Program-made: the position numbers and the translations under genes
Shown here: positions 53,854 to 63,821 of the stretch, in pieces
Layout: each line of letters starts with the position of its first letter
How positions within the stretch are numbered: position 1 is the stretch's first letter
The notes under the pieces: generated by a model
Told to the model about the DNA's origin: nothing
Seen by the model: only the letters and a program-made list of their open reading frames with translations
The model's database searches: none
DNA from: an uncultured cyanobacterium
Lineage (GTDB): Bacteria; Cyanobacteriota; Cyanobacteriia; Cyanobacteriales; Cyanobacteriaceae
DNA: 64,000 nucleotides
Assembly (NCBI GenBank): GCA_963710605.1
Contig: CAVQBA010000007.1
Span: forward strand, 384,001-448,000
Direction of reading: 5' to 3'

Positions 53854-53911
53854 TTTTCCATCTACTTTCCATCTGTTTTCTATTTCTTCTTCTGGTCGAT
53901 TTTGGTAATCT
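53854..53911 (+). promoter_or_regulatory. triple 11-bp direct repeat plus extended -10 box
   Basis: TTTTCCATCTA/CTTTCCATCTG/TTTTCTATTTC, then TGGTAATCT with the hexamer 19 nt later. Confidence 0.6.
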
Positions 53912-53949
53912 AAATAGGTAACGATCGATTTAAGAAACTGGAGATAAAA

Positions 53950-54177
53950 ATGAAAATTGCTGGTTTAATCATTAATATATTTTTTCCTGGTATTGGAACT
54001 ATAATGGCAGGAAAAACAACCCAAGGAATTATTCAAATTGTTTTAATCATCATTGGTATAATTTGTAATTTAACTCTTATTTTGGCAATTATTGGTATCC
54101 CTCTTTGTTTTATCACTTGGATTTGGGGAATTGTCAGTGCGGCGACTGCTCTAGAAGGTAACAAACCTGAATCTTAA
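53950..54177 (+). CDS. small hydrophobic membrane protein (TM2-like)
   Basis: IFFPGIGTIMAGK..QGIIQ plus two TM helices; GGAG RBS. Confidence 0.8.
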   Translation: MKIAGLIINIFFPGIGTIMAGKTTQGIIQIVLIIIGIICNLTLILAIIGIPLCFITWIWGIVSAATALEGNKPES

Positions 54178-54325
54178 CTTTGTTTCTCATAGTAAAAGTC
54201 GATCGCTAATTTTAGATATAGTGATACCAACTCTCACAAAATAAAAATACAGATCAATCCCCCTCTATCCCCCTCTATCCCCCTTTGAAAGGGGGAAGGA
54301 AGATAAGCAGATGCTTCGTTTTTGT

Positions 54326-54362
54326 GTCTTGGTACGCTCTTCCGTCAGTGGGATCGCACCGC
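54326..54362. mobile_element. 37-bp GTCTT-stem-GC hairpin element
   Basis: GTCTT-GGTACG...CGCACC-GC; a related host sequence lacking it occurs at 62462-62516. Confidence 0.6.
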
Positions 54363-54461
54363 TTTGGGAGGACTTGATGACCACAACTGTTGCTTTCTTT
54401 TATCTAAATTGGGATGAAATACTTTTACTCGCTTTATTTTACAATTTATGAAAAAAAAATT

Positions 54462-54680
54462 ATGTTAAGTCAAAGAGATTATAAAATTAAAAAAATAGGT
54501 CTTTATTTGTTGCTATTTTCTTTAGGATTAGGTTATTTAAAAGCGTTTTCAGCTTTAAACCTTTATAGCTTAACGAGTGACTATAGTTCAGTATTAATCG
54601 TACAATTTTGTACTCTTATTAGTGTTTTGGGTATCGATCGTTACAGAAAGAAAAACCTTAAGAACAAATTTTTAAAATAA
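54462..54680 (+). CDS. small two-TM hypothetical protein
   Basis: Two hydrophobic stretches and basic tail; start uncertain (54414 or 54462). Confidence 0.45.
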   Translation: MLSQRDYKIKKIGLYLLLFSLGLGYLKAFSALNLYSLTSDYSSVLIVQFCTLISVLGIDRYRKKNLKNKFLK

Positions 54681-54902
54681 GTTTTGATAAATGTTGTTTA
54701 AAGAAGAATTAACATATTCAACTAGTTAGTTATTTTGTCCTTTATAATTTTCTAAACACAAAGAATAATGCGAGTGGATTTGAGAATTTTAGTTTAAAAG
54801 ACATTTTTTGATTAGATTAAGACAGCCTAATCTATATTAATTAGCGATTGTAGCTTGAACTAGTAAACACCACATAAACCAATTATTTTCAAGGTAAAAA
54901 CG

Positions 54903-57900
54903 ATGAAAAAAAGATTCTCAAAATTTTTTAGATTACTTTTAGTTAGTTTAGCTGTTGTCGGTCAAGTTTCTTCTCTCAAATCTGTTCACGCCTCGATAGA
55001 CCTTATTCAGGCAAGGGAAGAATCCGATGAAACGATCGAAAAAAAGTTATCCGAGCAATTACAAGAGTTTGAAAAACTTGATGATTCGGAAGTAGAGCAA
55101 AAAAAAGAAATTTTATCTCAAATGTGTAGGGTTGAATTAAAATCCAGCAAAAAAGAAGTAAGTGTTGAATATTGCGATCGATTTATTTCTTTGTACAACA
55201 AAAACTCTAACTTAGAATTAGCCAACGAAGTATGTTCAAGTATTCCAATTCATTTAGAAAAGATTAAAAATTTAAAACAAGAAAGTTTAGAGACTGCTTT
55301 GAAAGCTTGTCAAAAAGTTATTTCAAATATTGAGACTGTAGAAGAGTCATCTCAATATCAATACTCATTTGTAGCCCTGTCAATAAATTTAAACAATCTT
55401 TTTAATCTTTTAGGAAAGTATTCTGAAGCCGAAACTTTTTATGAAAATTTACTAACCAACCTTGACAAACAGTTTAATCAAATTGGTAAAAATGAATCTG
55501 AATCTAACAATCCATTTTTTAATTTAGAATCCGCACAAAAAGAGTTTGCAGAGGATAAAATCTATACCACTCTCAACTTTTTGGGAGACATACATTTTGC
55601 TACTGAAAATTACAATCGAGCGATTGATTTTTACCTAAAAGCAGATCGAATTTATCAAGATGCGACTGAGAAATTCGAGGCTTTAGGCCCTTATTTTATG
55701 ATGGCTGACCCAATCCGTATAGTTGGAGTTGGTGGTGCAATATATTTTCCTTCCTATCTTCGAGCCAAAAGTTTTATTGGTAGTAGAGCTAGACTAGCCT
55801 ATGCTTTAGTAAAGCAGAAAAAGTTTGAAGATGCCAATAAATATTTAACTGAAGCTATTACTCAGTTAGAAATTGAATCTACAGATCAAATAAAAAAAGA
55901 CAATTCAATTGTTTTCCAAGAAATTGGATCACTTTTATACACCACACAACAATCTATATTTATAAATCAAAAAAAATATTCTCAGGCTCTGGAGCTTGCC
56001 GATCGTTCTCGCTCAATCGTTAATAATCTAGGTTTAAAAATAGGTGAAGAAGCTTTTACATACGATGAAATGAAAGCTTTAGCTCAAAAGCAAAACACTA
56101 CCTTTGTGGTTTATTCTATTCCCGATCGTATTCAATACGACTACAAAACTTTTACAGCCCGACAAAATAAAGTTTTTATTTGGGTAATTCAACCAAATGG
56201 CGATCTTAAGTTTGAACAAGTCGATCTTGATAGTAATTTAGCACAAAATAAATCTAACTTTAAAACGATAGTCAGTTCAGCTAACACAGAATTTACAGCT
56301 AAATTTTTAATAATTGGAGTTGGAATAATAGTTTTATTTTCTTTATGTTTAATCAAAAAAAATAAAGTTTCAACTGGATTAATCGGTATTATTCTCATAG
56401 CTTTATCTCTACAATCATGTAATAGCTTTCCAGCAAATCGGGGAACTTCACCACAATTAATATCAAGTGAAGGTGAAAACTTATCAGAATTAATAGAAAA
56501 CGCAGTATTAGAAATTATAGATCCTACTTTGGCAAAAGATGATGATTCGTCTAGACAAACAGAACAACAAAATGAAGAAAGTTTACAGACCCTTTATAAT
56601 ATATTGATTGAGCCGATCGCTAAGTTTTTACCTAACAATCCTGAAGAGCATATAGTTTTTGTGCCTCACCGTGGATTACATAATATTCCTTTTGCGGCTC
56701 TTAAAGACTCGAAGGAAAAATATCTGATTGAAAATCACACCATCCAAATATCGCCTTCATTGCAAACTTACCAAGCTATCTTAGAAAGAGCCGCTAACCG
56801 CATTACTTCTGGCGATGAATACTTAATTGTTGGCAACCCGATCATGCCAGAAGTCTCTTTTGGTGATTTTGGAGAGCCTAAACCAATCGCTCAGCTACCA
56901 GGGACAGAAATTGAGGCGAAAGAAATTGCTAAAATTTATGGAACAGAACCTTTAATTGGTAAAGATGCTACTGTAGATGCTGTAACCGATCGGCTTTTCG
57001 ATGCCAAAATTATCCACTTAGCAACTCATGCTTTTCTTGATGTTGGCTCATATAGGCGGTCGGCTTTTATTCTGACTCCTCATTCAGATGACAATGAGTA
57101 TCAAAAAGGAATTTTAGATACATACGAACTATACAATAATCGTTCACTTACCCAAATGGCTGTGCTAAGTGCCTGTGACACAGGATTAGGAATAGAGACA
57201 GTAGAAGGAAACTTGGGTTTAACCCGTCCTTTTCTTGTTTCTGGTATCCCTACAATTGTTTCTACCCTTTGGTCAGTTTACGACGAACCTACAACCGAGT
57301 TAATGATCGATTTTCATCATAGATTGACAACTACCTCTAACAAGGCACAAGCTCTGCGACAAGCAATGTTAGCTACCAAGGAACAACGTCCTGAACCCGT
57401 GAACTGGGCAGGTTTTATTCTGACAGGTTTAGCCGAACTTCCCGAACCTTCCCCATCGGCTCAAAAAGTAGTTGGTCAGATGGTATGTCGAAATCTTTTT
57501 AATACTAGTGAATTAGATGGAACCTCTAGAGACTTGTTATCGGCAACACTCGAATCATCTAATTCTGGCTTTGTTCTTTCAATGACTTCAGCAAATTTGA
57601 GAGGAAGTTCTAAAATCACAAAAAGGCAAGTAGATTTCAACAATCAGTTAGTCATACAAGAGGTAAGAAACTATTCTGAAGAATCAGATGAGTGGTATCC
57701 TTGGAATATATATCACGCTACCGAGAACGGAAATTCTCTTGAGATTAAACCTGACGGCTCTTTTTCTTTCGGTACATATGACACTAGTCGTACTATTTGT
57801 AGTTTTAAAGGCAAACTTGAATTTATCGGTGATACAGCTAGTAAGTTACAACGACTTCAGGTTTATGATAAATCTTCCCAAAGCAATGATAGCGAAACTT

Positions 57901-58094
57901 TAATAGTTAAAGCGGGTGATGGTGTTGCTAATCTTCGTTCTAGCCCTACTACTCGAGCAAGTTTAATCGCTAAAATACCGAATGGTACAGAGGTTGTATA
58001 TTTGAATCGAACCACCAATAGCTCTCAACAGCTTTGGTATGAAGTACGAGTAGATGGTCAAGTTGGATGGTTATTTTCTGGATTACTTGAATAA
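54903..58094 (+). CDS. exported TPR-CHAT (caspase-like) protease with internal TM hairpin and C-terminal SH3b domain
   Basis: Signal peptide; TPR-like helices; LYNILIEPI, IPFAAL, IIHLATHA (His), VLSACDTG (Cys), STLWSVYD, WAGF; SH3b ANLRSSP...WYEV..GQVGWL. Confidence 0.88.
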   Translation: MKKRFSKFFRLLLVSLAVVGQVSSLKSVHASIDLIQAREESDETIEKKLSEQLQEFEKLDDSEVEQKKEILSQMCRVELKSSKKEVSVEYCDRFISLYNKNSNLELANEVCSSIPIHLEKIKNLKQESLETALKACQKVISNIETVEESSQYQYSFVALSINLNNLFNLLGKYSEAETFYENLLTNLDKQFNQIGKNESESNNPFFNLESAQKEFAEDKIYTTLNFLGDIHFATENYNRAIDFYLKADRIYQDATEKFEALGPYFMMADPIRIVGVGGAIYFPSYLRAKSFIGSRARLAYALVKQKKFEDANKYLTEAITQLEIESTDQIKKDNSIVFQEIGSLLYTTQQSIFINQKKYSQALELADRSRSIVNNLGLKIGEEAFTYDEMKALAQKQNTTFVVYSIPDRIQYDYKTFTARQNKVFIWVIQPNGDLKFEQVDLDSNLAQNKSNFKTIVSSANTEFTAKFLIIGVGIIVLFSLCLIKKNKVSTGLIGIILIALSLQSCNSFPANRGTSPQLISSEGENLSELIENAVLEIIDPTLAKDDDSSRQTEQQNEESLQTLYNILIEPIAKFLPNNPEEHIVFVPHRGLHNIPFAALKDSKEKYLIENHTIQISPSLQTYQAILERAANRITSGDEYLIVGNPIMPEVSFGDFGEPKPIAQLPGTEIEAKEIAKIYGTEPLIGKDATVDAVTDRLFDAKIIHLATHAFLDVGSYRRSAFILTPHSDDNEYQKGILDTYELYNNRSLTQMAVLSACDTGLGIETVEGNLGLTRPFLVSGIPTIVSTLWSVYDEPTTELMIDFHHRLTTTSNKAQALRQAMLATKEQRPEPVNWAGFILTGLAELPEPSPSAQKVVGQMVCRNLFNTSELDGTSRDLLSATLESSNSGFVLSMTSANLRGSSKITKRQVDFNNQLVIQEVRNYSEESDEWYPWNIYHATENGNSLEIKPDGSFSFGTYDTSRTICSFKGKLEFIGDTASKLQRLQVYDKSSQSNDSETLIVKAGDGVANLRSSPTTRASLIAKIPNGTEVVYLNRTTNSSQQLWYEVRVDGQVGWLFSGLLE

Positions 58095-58713
58095 AATTTG
58101 AGTTTTAGTAAATCGAACAAGACATTATTTTTTTTACTAATTTCAAGAAGAACAAAAGTAATATTAAATATAAATAAAGTATGCTAAAGGAGTAAGGGCA
58201 GAATAATATTCTGCCCCTACAGTGGCTTGGTGATTTTTTAAAAAGATTGTGAAACCCGTGTGCTGTGGAAAATTTACAATCGAAAAAAGATGATATTTTT
58301 ATTCTTTATTTAATTGGCTAGTAAATTATTTTTTAAGCTAAATAAAATACTTAAACAAACCTTTTTTCTGTTCAAACTCTCTCGATCGAACTTGTGAGTT
58401 AAAACTATTAACCTCCTCTGCGTCCTCTGCGTTCTCTGCGGTTTTAAAAACTCTTAAAATTCAATACCTCAACAATTAACTTTAAGTAAATAAAATATAA
58501 CTATTACATTATAAAAGTTTAAACTTAACCTATTTCATGAATTCATTAAACATGAATATATATATACTTTTAGTTAATACAAAAGAAAAAATAAAGTTTT
58601 ATTTGTAATTAATAATACAGTCTATAACTTTTGGTAGATGACCATCACCGCAGAAAAAAAGATAATAAATCTAGATCAACAAAACTATATATAAAACAAA
58701 AAAAGAAAAAATT

Positions 58714-59586
58714 ATGGCAACTCAAGAGCGTCGTCCTACTCCTGATGATATACCACCACAACAGCTAGAATATTCTGCATCTCAAGCAGATATGACACCT
58801 CAACCTGATAGTGATTTATCTAACTATAAACCCGCAGGAAAACTAACTGGTAGAGTAGCTTTTATTACTGGTGCTGATTCAGGTATTGGTAGAGCAGTCG
58901 CGATCGCATATGCCATGGAAGGGGCAGAAGTAGCAATTTTCTATCATAGTAATGATGGAGATGCCGAACGTACTAAAGAAATGGTTAAAGAGATTGGTAA
59001 TAAAGATTGTTTGATTATCAAAGGTGATGTGCGTAAATATGAAGATTGTGAAAATGCGATCGCACAAGTAATTGAACGTTTTGGTAAGCTGAATATTCTC
59101 ATCAACAATGCGGCTTATCAAATGGTACAGAAAAAATTCGAGGATGTCACGATCGAACAATTTACTCGTACTATGGAAACAAACGTTTTTGGTTATTTTT
59201 ATATGGCAAAAGCGGCAGTACCTCATCTAAAAGAAGGTGATATTATTATCAATACAGGTAGTATTGTCGGTAAAATTGGTAAAGCCTTCCTCGTCGATTA
59301 TGCGGCTTCTAAAGGGGCTATACACACCTTTACTAAGTCTTTAGCTTTAAATTTAGGCGAACGTGGTATTCGTGTTAATGCAGTTGTACCAGGTCCTGTT
59401 TGGACACCTAATATTCCTGCGACTATGACAGCTAAGCAAGTTGATAATTATGACTCAGATGGTATTATCAAACGTACCGCTCAACCTGAAGAGTTAGCAC
59501 CTGTTTATGTATTTTTAGGTTCAGATGACGGTATTTTTGTAACTGGTGCACTTTATGATGTAACTGGTGGACAATTATCTGCGTAA
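58714..59586 (+). CDS. SDR-family oxidoreductase (general-stress type)
   Basis: TGADSGIGRA, NNAA, YAASK, VNAVVPGPVWTP. Confidence 0.93.
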   Translation: MATQERRPTPDDIPPQQLEYSASQADMTPQPDSDLSNYKPAGKLTGRVAFITGADSGIGRAVAIAYAMEGAEVAIFYHSNDGDAERTKEMVKEIGNKDCLIIKGDVRKYEDCENAIAQVIERFGKLNILINNAAYQMVQKKFEDVTIEQFTRTMETNVFGYFYMAKAAVPHLKEGDIIINTGSIVGKIGKAFLVDYAASKGAIHTFTKSLALNLGERGIRVNAVVPGPVWTPNIPATMTAKQVDNYDSDGIIKRTAQPEELAPVYVFLGSDDGIFVTGALYDVTGGQLSA

Positions 59587-59760
59587 TCATACTCTAACAG
59601 AAAAACGAGTCAGTTAGGACACCTAGATTAAGTTCCCCTCCTTCGATAAGGAGGGGTTAGGGGTGGTTGTGGTTAAACCGTAATTAATTAAATAAAACAA
59701 GACGTTGCACCAAATACGTCTCTACTATTATTGATAACCTTTTATCAAAATCTTATTGTT

Positions 59761-60096
59761 TTACTTCCAATCAGCTTCTGATTGTGCTAAGACATAACTG
59801 GCAACATTTTCAATTTGCTCAGGTTTCAAACGATTACCAAAGGCAGGCATCGCCGCTTTACCATTCATTACTTGGGTTTTGATTTTTTCGATATCGTACA
59901 TATCGTACTTTTCTAAAGCGTCTTTGAATAATGTTTTTTGACTACTAACAACATTTCTGCCTCCCATATGACATTGAGCACAGTTAGCACTAAAAACGGC
60001 TTTACCTGCTTGTGTATCAAAAGCGAAAGCAGGTTGGGCAAAACTTAAAGTAAGTAAAGTAAAAGATAATAGTAAAAAAGAAATTATTTTTTTCAT
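59761..60096 (-). CDS. petJ: cytochrome c6
   Basis: Signal peptide ending AFA, CAQCH heme motif, [17 protein letters not shown] at 60096. Confidence 0.95.
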   Translation of the reverse strand: MKKIISFLLLSFTLLTLSFAQPAFAFDTQAGKAVFSANCAQCHMGGRNVVSSQKTLFKDALEKYDMYDIEKIKTQVMNGKAAMPAFGNRLKPEQIENVASYVLAQSEADWK

Positions 60097-60200
60097 GGAG
60101 AATTTTAACGTTAGCAATTTTTTTCTACATATATTTTCAACTAATACTTTGAGCTATGTCAAAAGACAACCTGTCAATCTTGTGATATTTGTTTATCTTT

Positions 60201-61550
60201 TTAAAGGGTAAAGGTGAAGTTATCTACTAAAGCACCCGGAATTAAAACACCTCCTAACGATCGAGATTCATATGTACCAGTATTAGGGATAAATTCCCGA
60301 AAATCAGTCAAAGCCAGTAAATTATCACCAAAAAAGGAATATAAAGAATCATCAAACCGTAAATCTTTAATCGTAGCGACAATTTTTCCATCTTCTACCC
60401 AAAAGCAACCATAACGAGTCATACCCGTAATTCTGCCTAAAGATCGATCGCTCCAGTTAAGATAATGTAAATTAGAAAGATATAAACCCGTACCAATATT
60501 CGCTAATATTTCAGCTTGAGTTAGCTTACCATTACCAATTTCAGGTGAGCGTAACCCTTCATAACCACTAGCATAATTAGAAATTAAACCATATTCGATT
60601 GCCGTACGACTACTAATTAAAGTATTAACTAATTCACCATTCACTATCAAAGGTAACTCATCAGCTGACATTTGACCTAAATCGTTGAATTGAGGTACAT
60701 TACCACTAGTAAAATTTTCTTTTAAATCGAATAAACTAGATAACGTTTTTCCTTGTCTGAGTTTAGCTAACGCACTCGCCCCTTGTTGCATTGAAGCCTC
60801 ACTAATTCCGCCCCAAGAAAACATACCCAATAAATCCGCAACCGCCGCCGGTGCAAGATAGGTGCGATAGTTACCAGGTTTAATTTCTTTGGTGGGTAAC
60901 TCTAGTTGTTGTAATTTTTTTTGGTTATCAGTAATTTGTTTTTGATAAGCGTTACTATCCCAATCTTTAGCTGAAAAAATACCCTTAATTGCTTTATTAT
61001 CGCTATTAATCAAAGAATAATCAACGAAAAAAGAATCAGTGGCAAACCAATGTTTTTGCCCTAAATTATTGTAATTTGCTCGTACGATTGTACCACTAGC
61101 ATACAAACCAGTAAAGTCTATACCTTGGGTAGGAGTCACGATTGCTTCTACTGCTAATTCTGGTGATAACAATTCAGCGGTATAAACTTCATGAGATGTG
61201 CCTTGGTTTTCAGGTAAAACAATATAAGCGTCTTCTGGTAAATCGTTGATTTGCGATCGTAAATAGTCTAAATTATCAATAGCAGTTTCTAAATCTACCT
61301 CTACATCTCCTGTCAAGGGAAAATTAGCCGAATTAGTCCGTTTGTTAGCAATAAACTTTAAGGAGACTTCTCCATCAATAACGATACCCGTTTGTCTTAC
61401 CTTAGCGTTATTCAAACGCAAGAAATGACTATTTTCGGCTCTTAGTTGTACAATTAAATATTGTTGTGATTGTGATTCTAACTGAGTAAATAAACGATCG
61501 CAAATTCGATTAAAAGATGTTTCCCAAGACTTGATTTGTGAATTAGCCAT
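60201..61550 (-). CDS. TldD/PmbA family protein (TldE-like, no HExxxH)
   Basis: RLNNAKVRQTG, PGNYRTYLAPAAV, NLHYLNWSD, TGMTRYG. Confidence 0.88.
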   Translation of the reverse strand: MANSQIKSWETSFNRICDRLFTQLESQSQQYLIVQLRAENSHFLRLNNAKVRQTGIVIDGEVSLKFIANKRTNSANFPLTGDVEVDLETAIDNLDYLRSQINDLPEDAYIVLPENQGTSHEVYTAELLSPELAVEAIVTPTQGIDFTGLYASGTIVRANYNNLGQKHWFATDSFFVDYSLINSDNKAIKGIFSAKDWDSNAYQKQITDNQKKLQQLELPTKEIKPGNYRTYLAPAAVADLLGMFSWGGISEASMQQGASALAKLRQGKTLSSLFDLKENFTSGNVPQFNDLGQMSADELPLIVNGELVNTLISSRTAIEYGLISNYASGYEGLRSPEIGNGKLTQAEILANIGTGLYLSNLHYLNWSDRSLGRITGMTRYGCFWVEDGKIVATIKDLRFDDSLYSFFGDNLLALTDFREFIPNTGTYESRSLGGVLIPGALVDNFTFTL

Positions 61551-61576
61551 AAAGAAATGAGTAAGGAGTAATGAGT

Positions 61577-61677
61577 GTCTTGGTGGACGTTCCCGTCTTG
61601 GTCAGCCTTCCCTTGCGACTTATAGTCGTCGCGGGTTCTGACCGCTTGCGTCTTTCGCCGACGCGGGCTTCCACCGC
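61577..61677. mobile_element. GTCTT-stem-GC element nested inside a paralogous element
   Basis: Inner element 61595-61645; outer 50-bp element with covarying stems; sits between units of an AA(T/G)GAGT heptamer array. Confidence 0.8.
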
Positions 61678-61716
61678 AAGAAGTAATGAGTTTTAATTGC
61701 TAACTTGTTAATTATT

Positions 61717-62310
61717 TCACCAGCCAGTGATAGCATTCGTGTCTAATAGAGTTTGATTATTAGTAGTGGCTGAATTATCATTACTATTTTTATCTTCTCT
61801 TTCTTCAATACAAAAAGTAGCTGTATTAAAACCACCAAATCTTTGTACTGTACTAATTCTTAAACGAATATTATCATCCACAAACCAGAATCTTTCACTG
61901 ATAGTCATGGTTTCGTATTCCGTGGTTAATACCAAAGCATCTTCATCATCTAAATAGTATTCACCTGCCACAGGCACTATTTCTGCATAACCTCTTTCTC
62001 TTAATAACTTACCCTGACGGGAATTTTCGCTATCAGGAATTAAAGCAAAGACAGTGTCTCCTTTATGATTTTCATCATCTTTATCCCATTGCATCGCCCC
62101 ATCCCAAGTTACATAAGAGCCACCCACCGATGTATTTGGATCGAATGAGTGCATTTCACAAATTTCGACAATTTTGGGGTCTTTTCCTTCTAATGTCTCT
62201 ACTTTTATCTGTGAGCTACCTGTTTCGGCTCTTCTAAAAGGGAGGTGGTGTGTTGTACGTTGAGATTTCCAATCTCCTGAACTATTTTGAAAAAAAGTTA
62301 AACCGTCCAT
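61717..62310 (-). CDS. cpcS: phycobiliprotein lyase CpcS
   Basis: FF..S.G.W.SQRTTHHLPFRRAE, LLRERGYAE, SERFWF, RISTVQRFGGF.TATFC.E.R. Confidence 0.88.
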   Translation of the reverse strand: MDGLTFFQNSSGDWKSQRTTHHLPFRRAETGSSQIKVETLEGKDPKIVEICEMHSFDPNTSVGGSYVTWDGAMQWDKDDENHKGDTVFALIPDSENSRQGKLLRERGYAEIVPVAGEYYLDDEDALVLTTEYETMTISERFWFVDDNIRLRISTVQRFGGFNTATFCIEEREDKNSNDNSATTNNQTLLDTNAITGW

Positions 62311-62539
62311 AATGATTAAAATGCAGGATATATGATGTTTGTTATTTTAAGATTCTATTTTATCTCAAATATTATGGACAATAAGTAACTTGTTGACAAA
62401 TTCAATATAGTTTTAGATAAATAATAACGAAACAATTTGTCATGTCGATTGTAAGAAGTCATAGATAAGGATGCTTCGCTTTTATTGTTTGGGGACTTAC
62501 TAATAAAAACTGTTGCCAATTTTATTTGAATTCAAGCTA

Positions 62540-63631
62540 TTAATTATTTTGTAATAAAATCAAGCTACTATATAATTGAAAGGCTTCATCCCAAAGAGAT
62601 TCTTCTCGACGAAAAAGCTCGACATTAGACTTGACTTGTTTGAGCATTTCAGGAAATTGGGTTACACTTTCACCAAAGAGGGTAAAATTTGACCATACTT
62701 TTTCAGGTTTAATTTTAGTTTCTAAAATATCTTGTAATTCTTGCCATTTTTGCTTAGTTGTAGTTGTGTTTTGATTCAGACTTTTGTCTTGAGAAAATTG
62801 ATAAGCTCGATCGTTTAAACGAAAAATAGTTTGCTTATTATTCAAATGCAAATCATAAAACCCAACATAATCTAAAGTAGATTTTTTCTTGATTATCTTA
62901 CTTTGTTTTCCTACGTTAACGGTTAATTCAAATAAAGGAATCATTCCACTTACACAACTATTAATCTGATTATAATCAATTTTTAATACTTGTTCTATTT
63001 CTTGGTTATCTTGATAGTAAACAACTAAATTATTACGATCGTATTCTACATATTTAACTTGGATTACTACTGTTTCATTTACTTTATTGATTGAATAGCA
63101 AATACAAGGTAACCCGATATTATCTAATTCAGATTGATAATAATCTAATTCATCTTTAGTACCTGTTTTATAGACACGCCAACTACGAGTAGGAATTGTT
63201 AGAGTAGCTGTATATCGATCGATTTCCATTACTTTAGCTAATGCAGGAGCTAGTATTTTCTTTTGTTCGAGTGATACATTTTCTAAAACTAGTAACGCTA
63301 ATTCCTTATTATTTTCGTTACTAATAAATTGCTTTTTTTTAGTTTCTCGTTCATCTTTTTCGATCGCTAATTGCGTTTTTTTAATCTTAATTATTCTTTC
63401 AATCCCATTACGAACTAAACTAATTAATTTAGGATCAGGATAAACACTATCTTTAATAATTTGACGATAATTTGTTTCAGCTTCAGTCAATTTATCTTGT
63501 TTTTCGAGAATTAAAGCTTGATAATATCTCAGCCATAACTTATCTACATTTTGATTATTCAGTTTTTCAATAATATTTTGGGCTAACTCATAATTTTGAG
63601 AATCGATCGCTTTTTCTATTTCTAAAAACAT
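62540..63631 (-). CDS. conserved cyanobacterial protein with N-terminal TPR-like helices
   Basis: WLRYYQAL...AETNYRQI; PTRSWRVY; RREESLWDEAFQLYS. Confidence 0.75.
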   Translation of the reverse strand: MFLEIEKAIDSQNYELAQNIIEKLNNQNVDKLWLRYYQALILEKQDKLTEAETNYRQIIKDSVYPDPKLISLVRNGIERIIKIKKTQLAIEKDERETKKKQFISNENNKELALLVLENVSLEQKKILAPALAKVMEIDRYTATLTIPTRSWRVYKTGTKDELDYYQSELDNIGLPCICYSINKVNETVVIQVKYVEYDRNNLVVYYQDNQEIEQVLKIDYNQINSCVSGMIPLFELTVNVGKQSKIIKKKSTLDYVGFYDLHLNNKQTIFRLNDRAYQFSQDKSLNQNTTTTKQKWQELQDILETKIKPEKVWSNFTLFGESVTQFPEMLKQVKSNVELFRREESLWDEAFQLYSSLILLQNN

Positions 63632-63821
63632 GATTGATAGTTGATAAGTATTAAGGATTAGAGGTTAGGTATTAGGTATTAAGATTCACCGAGTTACCAA
63701 TTAAATTGTATTTCATTGTTAATTATCAATTATCTTAACCGTTATCTGTTCACTGTTATTTGTCTTATGCTGACATTTAGCTAAAATTAATAAATAATAA
63801 CCGAATCAATCTAAATTATTT

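Noticed and set aside
717-61957. Short antisense or alternate-frame ORFs inside long genes (e.g. 717-902, 10460-10681, 14017-14232, 38768-39010, 56189-56398, 58879-59226)
   Set aside because: Shadow ORFs fully overlapping well-supported genes
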